64,000 bases of DNA, from positions 58,644 to 122,643 of IMG/VR virus record IMGVR_UViG_3300034061_002572; one strand, 5' to 3'. Of the stretch, positions 29,715 through 39,181 are shown one piece after another (the stretch's first letter is position 1; each line of letters opens with the position of its first letter). The position numbers and the translations under genes were made by a program. Below the pieces are notes generated by a model. That model was not told the DNA's origin, ran no database searches, and saw only the letters and a program-made list of their open reading frames with translations. The stretch is from a virus.

Positions 29715-30072
29715 TCCCTAAAATTTTATAGTCTAATAGTAAGGTTCCTTCAGTTTGAATTTGTAGGGTGGGATTTAGTAATATTTGTTTTTTGTTTTCT
29801 GAGTCTTTAACTACTAATCCACTTTTTTCAGCTTTATTAATACAATTTCTAACTGTTTGAGGAGATTTAAATATCCAGTCTTCTTCTGAAGATGCATCAT
29901 AACAAAAATGAGTAAGTTCAATTGGTTGATTGAAACTTAATAACGTTAAACAGTTAAGATCAGATTCACTCACTGTAATACGGTTAATATAACAGTGAGT
30001 TAAAATCTGAAATTTCACTACATCCCACTTTGGCATTCTAATACGTTTCTGTACTTGATTGACAAGGGCCAT
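29692..30072 (-). CDS. Putative winged-helix DNA-binding protein
   Basis: SPQTVRNCINKAEKSGLVVKD...ILLNP wHTH-like pattern. Confidence 0.5.
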   Translation of the reverse strand: MALVNQVQKRIRMPKWDVVKFQILTHCYINRITVSESDLNCLTLLSFNQPIELTHFCYDASSEEDWIFKSPQTVRNCINKAEKSGLVVKDSENKKQILLNPTLQIQTEGTLLLDYKILGNDTEEVQ

Positions 30073-30075
30073 GTC

Positions 30076-30381
30076 TTATGATTTTTTTAACTTTCTCTCC
30101 TTTGGTGCATTTAGAGATTCTGTTTCTTGTTCAACTTCTGAGTCATCTTCATTTTGTCCATGCTCTGATTGAGATTGCATAAGCATACCAAATTGTACTT
30201 GGATGCTTGCTCTTTTAAATCTTACCTCATCTATTTTAGCCAATATACTTTCATACTCATATTGTGCATTTAAATAAGGTAATGAGTCCGTGTAAAAAGA
30301 AAGCATTTCTTCTTTTCTTTTTGCTAACTCTTCTGGAGACAATTGCTCCATTTCATCTGTTTGTTGGTTTAAATTTTCCAT
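30076..30381 (-). CDS. Hypothetical coiled-coil protein
   Basis: ATG at 30381, downstream of a TATATTTG box. Confidence 0.65.
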   Translation of the reverse strand: MENLNQQTDEMEQLSPEELAKRKEEMLSFYTDSLPYLNAQYEYESILAKIDEVRFKRASIQVQFGMLMQSQSEHGQNEDDSEVEQETESLNAPKERKLKKS

Positions 30382-30402
30382 TTTATATATTTTAAGTTTA
30401 GA

Positions 30403-30410
30403 CAAATATA
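30403..30410 (-). promoter_or_regulatory. Bacteroidota-type -7 box TATATTTG
   Basis: Matches TAnnTTTG; heads the packaging operon. Confidence 0.6.
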
Positions 30411-30442
30411 CAATAAAAGTTTAAACTAGATATATTTAAAAT

Positions 30443-30471
30443 AAAAAATCCAGGCATAGAAAATACCTGGA
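30443..30471 (-). terminator. Intrinsic terminator
   Basis: AAAAAATCCAGGCAT...ATACCTGGA. Confidence 0.6.
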
Positions 30472-30490
30472 GCACTTAAATTAGTATGTA

Positions 30491-30802
30491 TTATTTTTTT
30501 CTAGCTACAGCTCCGCCCTTTTTCTGTTTATTGAGATTTTCAAAACCTTTATAGGCAGCTATCCCAGTACCAATGCTTGCTAATGTACCAAGAAAACCTA
30601 CACCAGCTTGTTCTACAGCTTTACCTATTTTTTTAAAAGTTTTTCTACAAGATTTTTTAAATCTATCACCAGGACCACATTGTTCAGTAGCACCACCAGC
30701 GGCATAACTTTTCATTGGTCTAATCATTGATTTAGCTCCACCTTTTTGCATTGACTTACAAAATGCTGTAGCATCTGTAACTCCTTTTAGTCCATGTTTC
30801 AT
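30491..30802 (-). CDS. Basic protein with GG motifs and a hydrophobic segment
   Basis: 103 aa; SMQKGG, SYAAGG, KQKKGG. Confidence 0.7.
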   Translation of the reverse strand: MKHGLKGVTDATAFCKSMQKGGAKSMIRPMKSYAAGGATEQCGPGDRFKKSCRKTFKKIGKAVEQAGVGFLGTLASIGTGIAAYKGFENLNKQKKGGAVARKK

Positions 30803-30803
30803 G

Positions 30804-30962
30804 TTATCTATTTTTTATAGTAAAATTTAAAATAGTAAGAAGGTAAAATTCTCTAGATAAATCTAGCTCTAATGTAAATACATCTAATGTTGAGATTCTT
30901 AATCTTAGCATTAGTTTATCCCATTGTTTGCGGGAACCTTTCCAGTTATTTCTAAACTTCAT
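30804..30962 (-). CDS. Small hypothetical protein (52 aa, not in ORF track)
   Basis: MKFRNNWKGSRKQWDKLMLRLRISTLDVF...TIKNR; TAATG coupling to the upstream gene. Confidence 0.6.
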   Translation of the reverse strand: MKFRNNWKGSRKQWDKLMLRLRISTLDVFTLELDLSREFYLLTILNFTIKNR

Positions 30963-31270
30963 TACTTCTTGTTTCTTTTAGCTAAATGTTTAAGTATCCA
31001 ACGGCTAAATGTAGTACCTATTGTTTTCAATGCTTTGTTATCAGCATCTACTGTAACTTTAGAACCTTCAGCAGTTTTTTCTACTGTAACATCTAATTTA
31101 GGAGTATCAATAGTTACATGTTGTTCTGTTTCTGTAGCATGTACTTCTACATCTACTTTTGGAGTGTCTATAACTACATCCAAATTTTTCTTTTCTTTTC
31201 TAACGTAAGCTCTTTTAGTTTTTGTTTTTACTTCTAGCTCTACATTAACTTGTTTTTTCTTTCTTCCCAT
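30962..31270 (-). CDS. Hypothetical protein with DTPK(V/L)DV repeats
   Basis: 102 aa; late-type motif at 31291-31298. Confidence 0.65.
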   Translation of the reverse strand: MGRKKKQVNVELEVKTKTKRAYVRKEKKNLDVVIDTPKVDVEVHATETEQHVTIDTPKLDVTVEKTAEGSKVTVDADNKALKTIGTTFSRWILKHLAKRNKK

Positions 31271-31297
31271 TGTTAAAAGTTTTAGTTAATTAATATA

Positions 31298-31765
31298 CTA
31301 TGACCCTATCTCAAAATGCATCCAGTCATAATTCTTTTCTCTACCCAGGCTAATAAAGCCATGTTTGTAAAATATGTCTATCATCTGTTTATACTCAGGT
31401 CTTGCAAACCTAGCAGTCTTAGATGTTTCTTTTAAAGTGTTTCTGGCAGGATCTAAATCAATAGCAATTCCCCAAGAGTGTTTACTCCAAGCTGAACCAC
31501 CTCTCATTTTACGGAAATTAAAACAACCACCAAAAAGATCTATTCCTAATTCTTTAATTTTGGGTAAACCATAAGTTGCAAGGATATCTTTAAATACAGC
31601 CTCAAACTTATCAGCAACTAATCTATGACATCTTAGTCTAGTGACTGTTGTATCTAAATCCCAAGCTAATCTCATTGGGTAAGGCAGATTAACAGTAACA
31701 AGATATGCGGCTCCAGTTTCAGTTGGAGTTCCGTACTTCTTAATTGTCTGAGTTGTTGTCAACAT
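31298..31765 (-). CDS. Endolysin, peptidase M15 family
   Basis: [23 protein letters not shown]...DWMHFE zinc-ligand motifs. Confidence 0.9.
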   Translation of the reverse strand: MLTTTQTIKKYGTPTETGAAYLVTVNLPYPMRLAWDLDTTVTRLRCHRLVADKFEAVFKDILATYGLPKIKELGIDLFGGCFNFRKMRGGSAWSKHSWGIAIDLDPARNTLKETSKTARFARPEYKQMIDIFYKHGFISLGREKNYDWMHFEIGS

Positions 31766-31988
31766 CTTCTTCTGTATTTGTTGGTTGGTCAATTGTCAGT
31801 TGGGATAATGTAGCAGCTACTGTTCCTGCTGTTACTACATATCCAGCTGCTGTGACTAATGCTGCTGGTAAAGTTACTGGAGCTGCAATAATTACTCCTG
31901 CTACTGCTCCGGCAACTATTGCTATTCTTTGCACCTTTTTCCAAAAGCTAGGGGTTGGTGCATCCCATCTTTGTTTTAATTGCTTCAT
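31740..31988 (-). CDS. Putative holin
   Basis: 82 aa; two TM segments, PTPSFWKKV; adjacent to the endolysin. Confidence 0.6.
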   Translation of the reverse strand: MKQLKQRWDAPTPSFWKKVQRIAIVAGAVAGVIIAAPVTLPAALVTAAGYVVTAGTVAATLSQLTIDQPTNTEEDVDNNSDN

Positions 31989-32284
31989 TTATTTAGTATA
32001 AATTGCTTCACTGCATCTGACAGTTCACTTACATTTTTTGCTAGATTTTTTATTTCTAGTTGAGTAAGCTCTTGGATAGCTTGGTATTTTAATTCTGAGC
32101 TCTGTTGAACTAGTTCTATTTTACCTTTAAGTTTTCCTAATTCTTCAGCTCTTTTTTGATCAGTTTGCATTAAAAGCTCTATGTCTTTTCTTGCATCCAA
32201 ATATGCTGTTCTTAAAAAAAATCCGAAAATAGTTAATATTGTTCCGGATATAAAAAGTATTAAAGTTAAAACCCAAGTTTCCAT
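31985..32284 (-). CDS. Membrane protein with coiled coil (holin/lysis-associated)
   Basis: N-terminal TM segment followed by a coiled coil; lysis cassette. Confidence 0.5.
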   Translation of the reverse strand: METWVLTLILFISGTILTIFGFFLRTAYLDARKDIELLMQTDQKRAEELGKLKGKIELVQQSSELKYQAIQELTQLEIKNLAKNVSELSDAVKQFILNK

Positions 32285-32345
32285 ACTGCACAAATAAATA
32301 ATTACACTATAATATACAAAAAAATTTTGATATAAGTATAATTAC

Positions 32346-32657
32346 TTAGTTTAAATCTATAACAACTTCATAACCTTGTTGCTCATAAGCTATCTTAGCA
32401 TATTTATGAGCTGTCTCTAAAGATTGAACTTCACCTTCTTCAAGGTTAGATTTATAATTTCCAATAGGAACATCAGTATAAAGTATTTTACCTTCTGCAA
32501 ATGTCTCTGCATTAGCAAATGTTGCTACTTCACCTTCAATAGTGTTTCCTGGGAAATCACCTAAGAATCTAATTCTACCATAAACCTCTGGTAATTCAAT
32601 ACCTGTCCCTGAGATTGTAATCTTTTTTTCTTCTGTTGCTTTAATTAAAATTGCCAT
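32346..32657 (-). CDS. Hypothetical protein (tail-fibre accessory)
   Basis: 103 aa; last gene of the fibre operon. Confidence 0.55.
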   Translation of the reverse strand: MAILIKATEEKKITISGTGIELPEVYGRIRFLGDFPGNTIEGEVATFANAETFAEGKILYTDVPIGNYKSNLEEGEVQSLETAHKYAKIAYEQQGYEVVIDLN

Positions 32658-32685
32658 TGTTTTATTTTTTTTGCTAAATTAATAA

Positions 32686-32931
32686 TTAATTTTCAAAAGG
32701 TAGTGGTTGAGTTGTTACTTCAAATTTTGTTGGATCTCCTAATACTACTTTTAAACTTTCATCAAAAGTAATGTAATAAAAAATAGGATTGTCTAAAGTT
32801 GCTATTTGATAATCTGTCCAATTTTGTGTTACATCATCAGGTGCAATTGGAATACCATAATATGTATCACAAGTTTCTCTTGCATTAATAGCATCCTGTT
32901 CTGTAGTGTATTTGTATCCTGTTACTTCCAT
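32686..32931 (-). CDS. Small acidic protein (possible fibre assembly chaperone)
   Basis: 81 aa; follows the fibre genes. Confidence 0.5.
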   Translation of the reverse strand: MEVTGYKYTTEQDAINARETCDTYYGIPIAPDDVTQNWTDYQIATLDNPIFYYITFDESLKVVLGDPTKFEVTTQPLPFEN

Positions 32932-32936
32932 TGTAT

Positions 32937-33191
32937 TTAATTTTCAAAAAGTGGTGGTGTTGGTTTTGGTATATATTCAATCAATGGCAAATCTTTAACC
33001 CACATGAAATCAGGATTAACACATTGCTCCATTTCTTCAATTGATGTTATCCAATTGTCATTGACATCTTGTATAGAATTAAAATAAGAATCAGGTGCAT
33101 ACAATTGACCGAACATTTGGTCTTTTTGTACCTCTGTCAGTAAACCCACATAGGTTAACTTTTGTTCTGTTGTTAAATCTGTTAGTTTCAT
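32937..33191 (-). CDS. Small acidic protein (possible fibre assembly chaperone)
   Basis: 84 aa; YFNSIQDVNDNW...WVKDLPLIEY. Confidence 0.5.
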   Translation of the reverse strand: MKLTDLTTEQKLTYVGLLTEVQKDQMFGQLYAPDSYFNSIQDVNDNWITSIEEMEQCVNPDFMWVKDLPLIEYIPKPTPPLFEN

Positions 33192-34774
33192 ATTTGTCTA
33201 CCTAAAGTTGTTTGAAATGCTTGTACAGCTGTATAAAGATTACCGCTTTCAGTATTTGTCAATCCGTCTCCTATAAATGCAAAAGCTAATTGTTGTTTAC
33301 AATAAAATGCAGCAGTTAAATTATCTCCTTGATTCCTTGCTCCAAAGAAAAAATTCTTTCCACTTTCTATACCTCCAGCAGTTGTTCTTGTTCCTAAACT
33401 AACTCCAGCTCTATATGCTTGCCAATCTGAAGAACTTCTTCTTGTCAACATTAGTAATGATGTTGTAGGATTAGCCGTATAAGTTAAAGTGTTTCCAGCA
33501 TCACCTGAAATAAAATTACCACCTGATATAAAATTTTGAATAAGTGTACTAAATCCAGCCCCTGAAAAAACACCATAAGCCTGAGTTCCCGTTGTATCAT
33601 TTGTTCTTGAATAAATACCAAATGAATGTGAGTTGACACTAATGTCTGTAACGGTTTTACAAAAACTATCAGCCCAACAATCTAATCCATTAGGAGTTGC
33701 TCCATTACTTGTATGTAGCCATCCGCCACTAAAAAATAACCTGTATGCCACATCCAAGTCGCGTGGGTCTTTAAGATTGAATTTGTGAGTAGTAGCCGTA
33801 CCACCCACAAAAGGATATAAAGCTTTCATTTTTGACCAAATACCATAACCTTTCAAGTCAACTACCAATGTATTAATAGCCGCTTGTTGTGTTGGGTCTG
33901 TTATTGCAGCCGCTGTTATGAATGCTTGAGCATCTGGGTCAAAAACGTATATTGAATAAAATGTATTTATATTGCTTTCAATTCCTGTTCTATTTGTACT
34001 TTGATTGGAGTTATAGAATACAATTTCCTGTATGTGTCCATGGCAATAATCAGAAATGTAACGCCCAATTCTATTTATTTCAAGTCTTAAAACAAGAGAA
34101 GTAAACGATGAAGCTATTGTATTATTATTTTTAAACATTGACATTGTTCCTGAATTATTTAATCCAGTTAATAATAATTGTGCAGTTGTTGTATCTGTTG
34201 AAGAACTGGATTGAAATCCACTTGCATTTGCTTGTAAATAATAGATATTATTAAACCATAATGTAAAAACATAAGGACTTCCAGCAGGTGTATCTGATGA
34301 ACCTAAACTAATTAATCTTCTACTACTTGCATCACGTTTACCAACAAATGAATTATAATTAGAAGTATTATAATTAATAGTTGTGGTTAAATTAAACGAA
34401 TTTGTTGTACCGTTAAAAGATAAAGAGGGTTTAGAATTAATTTTATTAACTACTCCGCTTGTTACTATTTGAGGTTGAAAACCTGCTGTTGTTTGAACAC
34501 CATTATTTGCATTACCGCTTTGATCATACCATGTTGTTACAAATCCATTTCCAGAACCACAAAATGAAAGCAAAGCTGCTTCATCTAAAACATTATTTAC
34601 AAATCCTATATCTTGAGTTGTATTATCACTTGAACGTCTTACTTGAATTGCTGCTCCTGTATAAGCTGTTCTTAGTTTTCTAAGTGAATAAGCAACCGAT
34701 GCATTTGGGAATAAGTCCAAAAGTAAATTACCACTTATCTTTGGCATCATTGATATTAAACTATAGTAACTCAT
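33188..34774 (-). CDS. Two-domain lectin/LamG-like receptor-binding protein
   Basis: AYSLRKL...VRRSSDN...GFVTTWYDQSGN (arabinofuranosidase-B-like lectin fold) plus a DPDAQAFITAA...AFQTTLGRQ domain. Confidence 0.65.
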   Translation of the reverse strand: MSYYSLISMMPKISGNLLLDLFPNASVAYSLRKLRTAYTGAAIQVRRSSDNTTQDIGFVNNVLDEAALLSFCGSGNGFVTTWYDQSGNANNGVQTTAGFQPQIVTSGVVNKINSKPSLSFNGTTNSFNLTTTINYNTSNYNSFVGKRDASSRRLISLGSSDTPAGSPYVFTLWFNNIYYLQANASGFQSSSSTDTTTAQLLLTGLNNSGTMSMFKNNNTIASSFTSLVLRLEINRIGRYISDYCHGHIQEIVFYNSNQSTNRTGIESNINTFYSIYVFDPDAQAFITAAAITDPTQQAAINTLVVDLKGYGIWSKMKALYPFVGGTATTHKFNLKDPRDLDVAYRLFFSGGWLHTSNGATPNGLDCWADSFCKTVTDISVNSHSFGIYSRTNDTTGTQAYGVFSGAGFSTLIQNFISGGNFISGDAGNTLTYTANPTTSLLMLTRRSSSDWQAYRAGVSLGTRTTAGGIESGKNFFFGARNQGDNLTAAFYCKQQLAFAFIGDGLTNTESGNLYTAVQAFQTTLGRQI

Positions 34775-34775
34775 A

Positions 34776-36275
34776 TTATGCTTCTGTTGTTACACCAATT
34801 GCATCCCATCTACTATCATCAGAATTGTAAATCAATCCAACATAAGTAGTTTTACCTGCTGTTGTAGTAGTAGGTAAAGTCACTCCTATTGCTCTATATC
34901 CACCAGTTCCTGATGTCCAAGTAATAGTTTGTGCTGAACCATTATCTTTAATTCTTATTACTAAGTCTTTTCCATCTATAGCTGTTCCTGTTGGAGCTGC
35001 TAATGTTAAAGCTGCTGCTTGAGCTGTAATTTTTACTAAATCATTAGCAAAAGTTGGAGTTACTGTTGCAGCAGAAGCAACTGATTGTACTGCTGGAGCT
35101 ATTGTTGATGTAGCTAAAACCCCTAAGTTGGTAAGAGCATCTGCAATACCTTGCGGAGTTGTAACAGCTGTATTTTGATACAACTTAATAATAGAACCAT
35201 TCTCTGTTCTAAAATGTGGTGCTGCATTATTAGTTGTTGCGTCTGCTGAATATTGTTGGAATGAATCCGTTATGTTTAAAGATGGAACATTAGGATGATT
35301 TCTAACAACAAGTGTATTTCCACCATTACCCATAAATGTATCAGTTCCATACGTTCCAGTTCCATTTGCAAATATATATGCTTGTTGCCCAAGTAAACCT
35401 AATGAACCATTAGCTCTGATAAGTGTTGAAGAATTATCACTATTAAAGTGAGTCATAAACACATCATCTGACCCAAAATTATTACCATTATTTCCTTTTT
35501 TACCTAAGTAAATTGAACGTGCCCCCGAATAAGTTGTGTTACCACCTGTATTTCCAATAACAATTGTATCAGTTCCTGATGTTCTTGCTCTGTCTCCAAT
35601 AGCAATCCCACCAACTGAATTTACTAGAGTACTAAAACCAATAGAAATACCAAATGATGCTGATGCTCCAGCTGTTGCAATATTTCCAATTGCTGTGTTA
35701 TAATAAGTTGCATTAGTAATTGAGGCTCCTTGGCCAAATGCAATAGAACCAATTGCAGTTGGTGAATATCTAATTATTGAATCAGTTGTTCCTGCAATAT
35801 ATATAATGTTTTGGTTGTTAGATTGAGCCTGTGGAATATACATTTCACCATTACCTCTAATACTAAATATATCAGCCGTATCAAGACTATTCTTAACTCT
35901 AAATGCTATGTCATTAGTTGTTCCACCTGGGGCTATTGTTCTAAGTGATACACCTGAATTAGCACCTGCGCCTAACTGTAAGATATTAGTAGCGTTGTCA
36001 AAAGTAAATCTATCTGATTGTTGAACAACTCCTCCAGCTTGAAAGAATACTCTACTATCTACTCCTGATGAAGTAGTAGAACCTACTGTTATTCCTCCTT
36101 CTGCACTAAATATTTCTTGGACAACTCCTGAACTATTTTTATAACGGATTAATCCATCTGTAAGATCTTTAAAATAAGTAGAGTTTGGTACACTGCTCCA
36201 ATCAGCTGATGAATCAGTTATATAAGTAAATGTTATACCATTACTATTTCTTACTGCACTTTGAGTTACTGCCAT
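34776..36275 (-). CDS. Tail fibre protein
   Basis: 499 aa; YadA-head-like IAIG repeats; C-terminal LPTTTTAGKTTYVGLIYN...WD. Confidence 0.65.
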   Translation of the reverse strand: MAVTQSAVRNSNGITFTYITDSSADWSSVPNSTYFKDLTDGLIRYKNSSGVVQEIFSAEGGITVGSTTSSGVDSRVFFQAGGVVQQSDRFTFDNATNILQLGAGANSGVSLRTIAPGGTTNDIAFRVKNSLDTADIFSIRGNGEMYIPQAQSNNQNIIYIAGTTDSIIRYSPTAIGSIAFGQGASITNATYYNTAIGNIATAGASASFGISIGFSTLVNSVGGIAIGDRARTSGTDTIVIGNTGGNTTYSGARSIYLGKKGNNGNNFGSDDVFMTHFNSDNSSTLIRANGSLGLLGQQAYIFANGTGTYGTDTFMGNGGNTLVVRNHPNVPSLNITDSFQQYSADATTNNAAPHFRTENGSIIKLYQNTAVTTPQGIADALTNLGVLATSTIAPAVQSVASAATVTPTFANDLVKITAQAAALTLAAPTGTAIDGKDLVIRIKDNGSAQTITWTSGTGGYRAIGVTLPTTTTAGKTTYVGLIYNSDDSRWDAIGVTTEA

Positions 36276-36292
36276 TTTTTTTAATTTATAAA

Positions 36293-39169
36293 TTATTCAA
36301 TATCTACATCTTCTATAATTGTACCCAGTACAGATTGACTTAATGTATACATTGCAGGACAAAGCCCTGTTCCATTTAGATTTGTAGTGGCAGGAATAGT
36401 AAATACCAATCCAGCAGTGTCCATTTCTGTATAAAAATAAGTGTCTGTACCAGGAATATCTTGAGAAGCTGTTATATCTAATGTTGCTGAAGCATTTATT
36501 AATGTTACCATTCTTTGAGCTAATAAAGCAGTTGTATTATAAACGGCAGTATTAGACTCTGTAAATGTTTCATTTCCACCAGTTCCGTCATTAAGGGTTA
36601 TACTTGTAGAAGCAACTGCGGTTACATCCCATTTCATTTTTAGTTTTTTAGCAGCTAAAGTTCCTCCATTAGATATTAAATTGGTATTCATTCCTCCTGA
36701 ATAAACTTTAAGTGCTAATCCTGCAGCAGTTGTTCTAATCGGAGTTACATTACTAATATTAGATATTAAAGTACCTCCATTAATAATTACCTTGCCTGAA
36801 TTAAACTCAATTGGTGAAGCAAATAAAGATGTATAACTTGTTAAACCTAATGAAGCAGGAAAATTAACTCTGATTGTACCATTTAAAAATAAAGTACCTC
36901 CGTTAACTCTTATACCATAATATCTTGTTTGTGCATAACTAGCACCGCCATATTCATAATCACCATTTATGATAAGTGTACCTCCTGTTAAGTCTGACGC
37001 AGCAGACATATCATCATTTGTCCAATTTCCATTTAAAGTTACAATTCCACCTGAAATAGCAAAACCACTTGTCGGATCTTGGTTTTGCATTAATAAAGTT
37101 ACTTTACCTCCAGATACAGTTATTAATGCTGATGTAGAATTATCTTGTGTTCCTGCATAATTAGTATTTACTTCTCCATTTATAATATTTATTCTGCCAA
37201 CTTGACCGCCATCTAAAAACATTCTTCCAGCTAAACTATAACAGTACCCGTTTAAATTAATTTTGCCTGATGCTGCTACATAACTAGCATTTATGCCTGT
37301 AATATAAGAAGTTGTTAATGTTGCCATAGAATCTAAACCATTATAACTTAATCCGAATGTTAATGTTGCTGACTTTATGTAATTTACATTTATATTTATT
37401 ATATTGTTTGTTGACATTGCTATACAATGAGTATTTATAGCAGTCGTTTCAATTAAATATCCATTAACATTTAGATTACAATTTGAAAAATGACCTGCTG
37501 CACCTCCTGCCGAACCTGCAAATACTACACCAGCTGTTGAACTCATTGAGTGCATTTCAATTGATATACGAGAACTATCAATATTAATAACTGCCCCAGC
37601 AGTTGAAGATGCATTTTTAAAGTCAAGATAACATTTTGTAGCTGACCTAATATCAAAGATTACAGAACTTGTTGATGTTGTAAGTTCATTTGCTTGAAAA
37701 ACAATATTAAATGAAGAAGATGTTACATATAAAATACTTGCTGCATTTGTTGTTTTATTAAAATTACCATAACCATATACACTAAAACCTGTTGTAAAAG
37801 AGGATACTCTAAACATATCTCCTGCGGTTGATTTATTTATAGTACATCCAGGTGAGAAATAATATGAAACACCGTCCTTGGCTAAACCTTCTGTTGCAGT
37901 TGTTGTAACAGTGTAAGTACCTGGATAAACATAAATTAAATCTCCGTTAGTAGATGCAGCTTGTGCTGCTTCGAGAGTAAGATATGGATTAGAAATACTA
38001 CCAATAATTGCCGTTCCATCATTACCAGTTGTTGCAACAAATAAGATTTTTCCCAATGAAACTGATGGTATTATTGCCCACGTCCCGTCACCTCTTAAAT
38101 ATTTAGCTAAATCATTTGGAGCTTTAGGAACAAAACCATGTTTAGTGATACTTACATCATTAGTTGTAATATCACTTGTAGATAAATTAGCATCTGTTAC
38201 AGTATATGTTCTATCTGCTGATAAATCTTGTGTATTTCCATTTATTGTAATATTTCTTGATGTTGGAACACCACCTAAACCTGATAATGTATAGTTAGGG
38301 ATATTTAAGACATTAGCTATAAATGTTGCTGCTCCAGATGATGTAAGTGTAGTTAATGTTATTGGATCTTGTTTTCCGTTAAACAAAGCAAAATCTGCAG
38401 AATCTAAATAACCATCTACCAAAGCTGTAGCTTGAGATATACTAATAGCTGGTGCTGTACCTCCTGAAGAAGCTATGGGAGGTGTTCCTGTTACATTAGT
38501 TACTGCTCCGGTTGGTATTGTTTGATTAAGAGTTGTTAAACCTACTGAATAATTTGTAGAACCCTCTGTATAAAATGTAATTGAGTTAGTAGTAGAATCT
38601 GTATTAGTTACTTTAACTTTAACTACTATTCTATCTGTTGTTAATACAGTTGATGCAGGAAATACACCATCCGTAAGAATCATAGTTGGTGAACCTGTAA
38701 GTGATGATGTAGAAAGTTGATCTGTTGTTAATAACAATGTCTCTACTCCCGCCAAATTTCTTTTATATACTTCAGTAAATATATCCCATGTATCACTTAA
38801 TGTTCCTGAAAAATGTAAGTAAAAAGACCATAATCCTCCAGGAATGTTTGTAGTACCTGGAACACCAGTAGCTGTTTGAAAAGATTGAATTGTTGCTGTT
38901 GTACCTGATGCTACTGAAGTTACAATAGTTTGTTCAGCCGCACTTGTAGGTATAGAAGAAAACTCTTTATATGGTGTTTGATTTACGGTTTGATTTAAAT
39001 AATATGTAGTAGTACCAGATCCTCCTGTAATATTTACTGTAACATCATTATTTGTTGAACTAGCAATTACACCAGAACCCGTAAAATTTATACTATTTAC
39101 ATCAGAAGTGATTAATACATTTTCTTCTTTGATGCTAATCTTTTTCTTAATATTAATATCTGTACTCAT
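36293..39169 (-). CDS. Tail spike/fibre with beta-helix
   Basis: 958 aa; FVATTGNDGTA..GSISNPYLTLEAA...GDLIYVYPGTY pectate-lyase-like entry motif. Confidence 0.7.
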   Translation of the reverse strand: MSTDINIKKKISIKEENVLITSDVNSINFTGSGVIASSTNNDVTVNITGGSGTTTYYLNQTVNQTPYKEFSSIPTSAAEQTIVTSVASGTTATIQSFQTATGVPGTTNIPGGLWSFYLHFSGTLSDTWDIFTEVYKRNLAGVETLLLTTDQLSTSSLTGSPTMILTDGVFPASTVLTTDRIVVKVKVTNTDSTTNSITFYTEGSTNYSVGLTTLNQTIPTGAVTNVTGTPPIASSGGTAPAISISQATALVDGYLDSADFALFNGKQDPITLTTLTSSGAATFIANVLNIPNYTLSGLGGVPTSRNITINGNTQDLSADRTYTVTDANLSTSDITTNDVSITKHGFVPKAPNDLAKYLRGDGTWAIIPSVSLGKILFVATTGNDGTAIIGSISNPYLTLEAAQAASTNGDLIYVYPGTYTVTTTATEGLAKDGVSYYFSPGCTINKSTAGDMFRVSSFTTGFSVYGYGNFNKTTNAASILYVTSSSFNIVFQANELTTSTSSVIFDIRSATKCYLDFKNASSTAGAVINIDSSRISIEMHSMSSTAGVVFAGSAGGAAGHFSNCNLNVNGYLIETTAINTHCIAMSTNNIININVNYIKSATLTFGLSYNGLDSMATLTTSYITGINASYVAASGKINLNGYCYSLAGRMFLDGGQVGRINIINGEVNTNYAGTQDNSTSALITVSGGKVTLLMQNQDPTSGFAISGGIVTLNGNWTNDDMSAASDLTGGTLIINGDYEYGGASYAQTRYYGIRVNGGTLFLNGTIRVNFPASLGLTSYTSLFASPIEFNSGKVIINGGTLISNISNVTPIRTTAAGLALKVYSGGMNTNLISNGGTLAAKKLKMKWDVTAVASTSITLNDGTGGNETFTESNTAVYNTTALLAQRMVTLINASATLDITASQDIPGTDTYFYTEMDTAGLVFTIPATTNLNGTGLCPAMYTLSQSVLGTIIEDVDIE

Positions 39170-39181
39170 CTTGTATTATTT

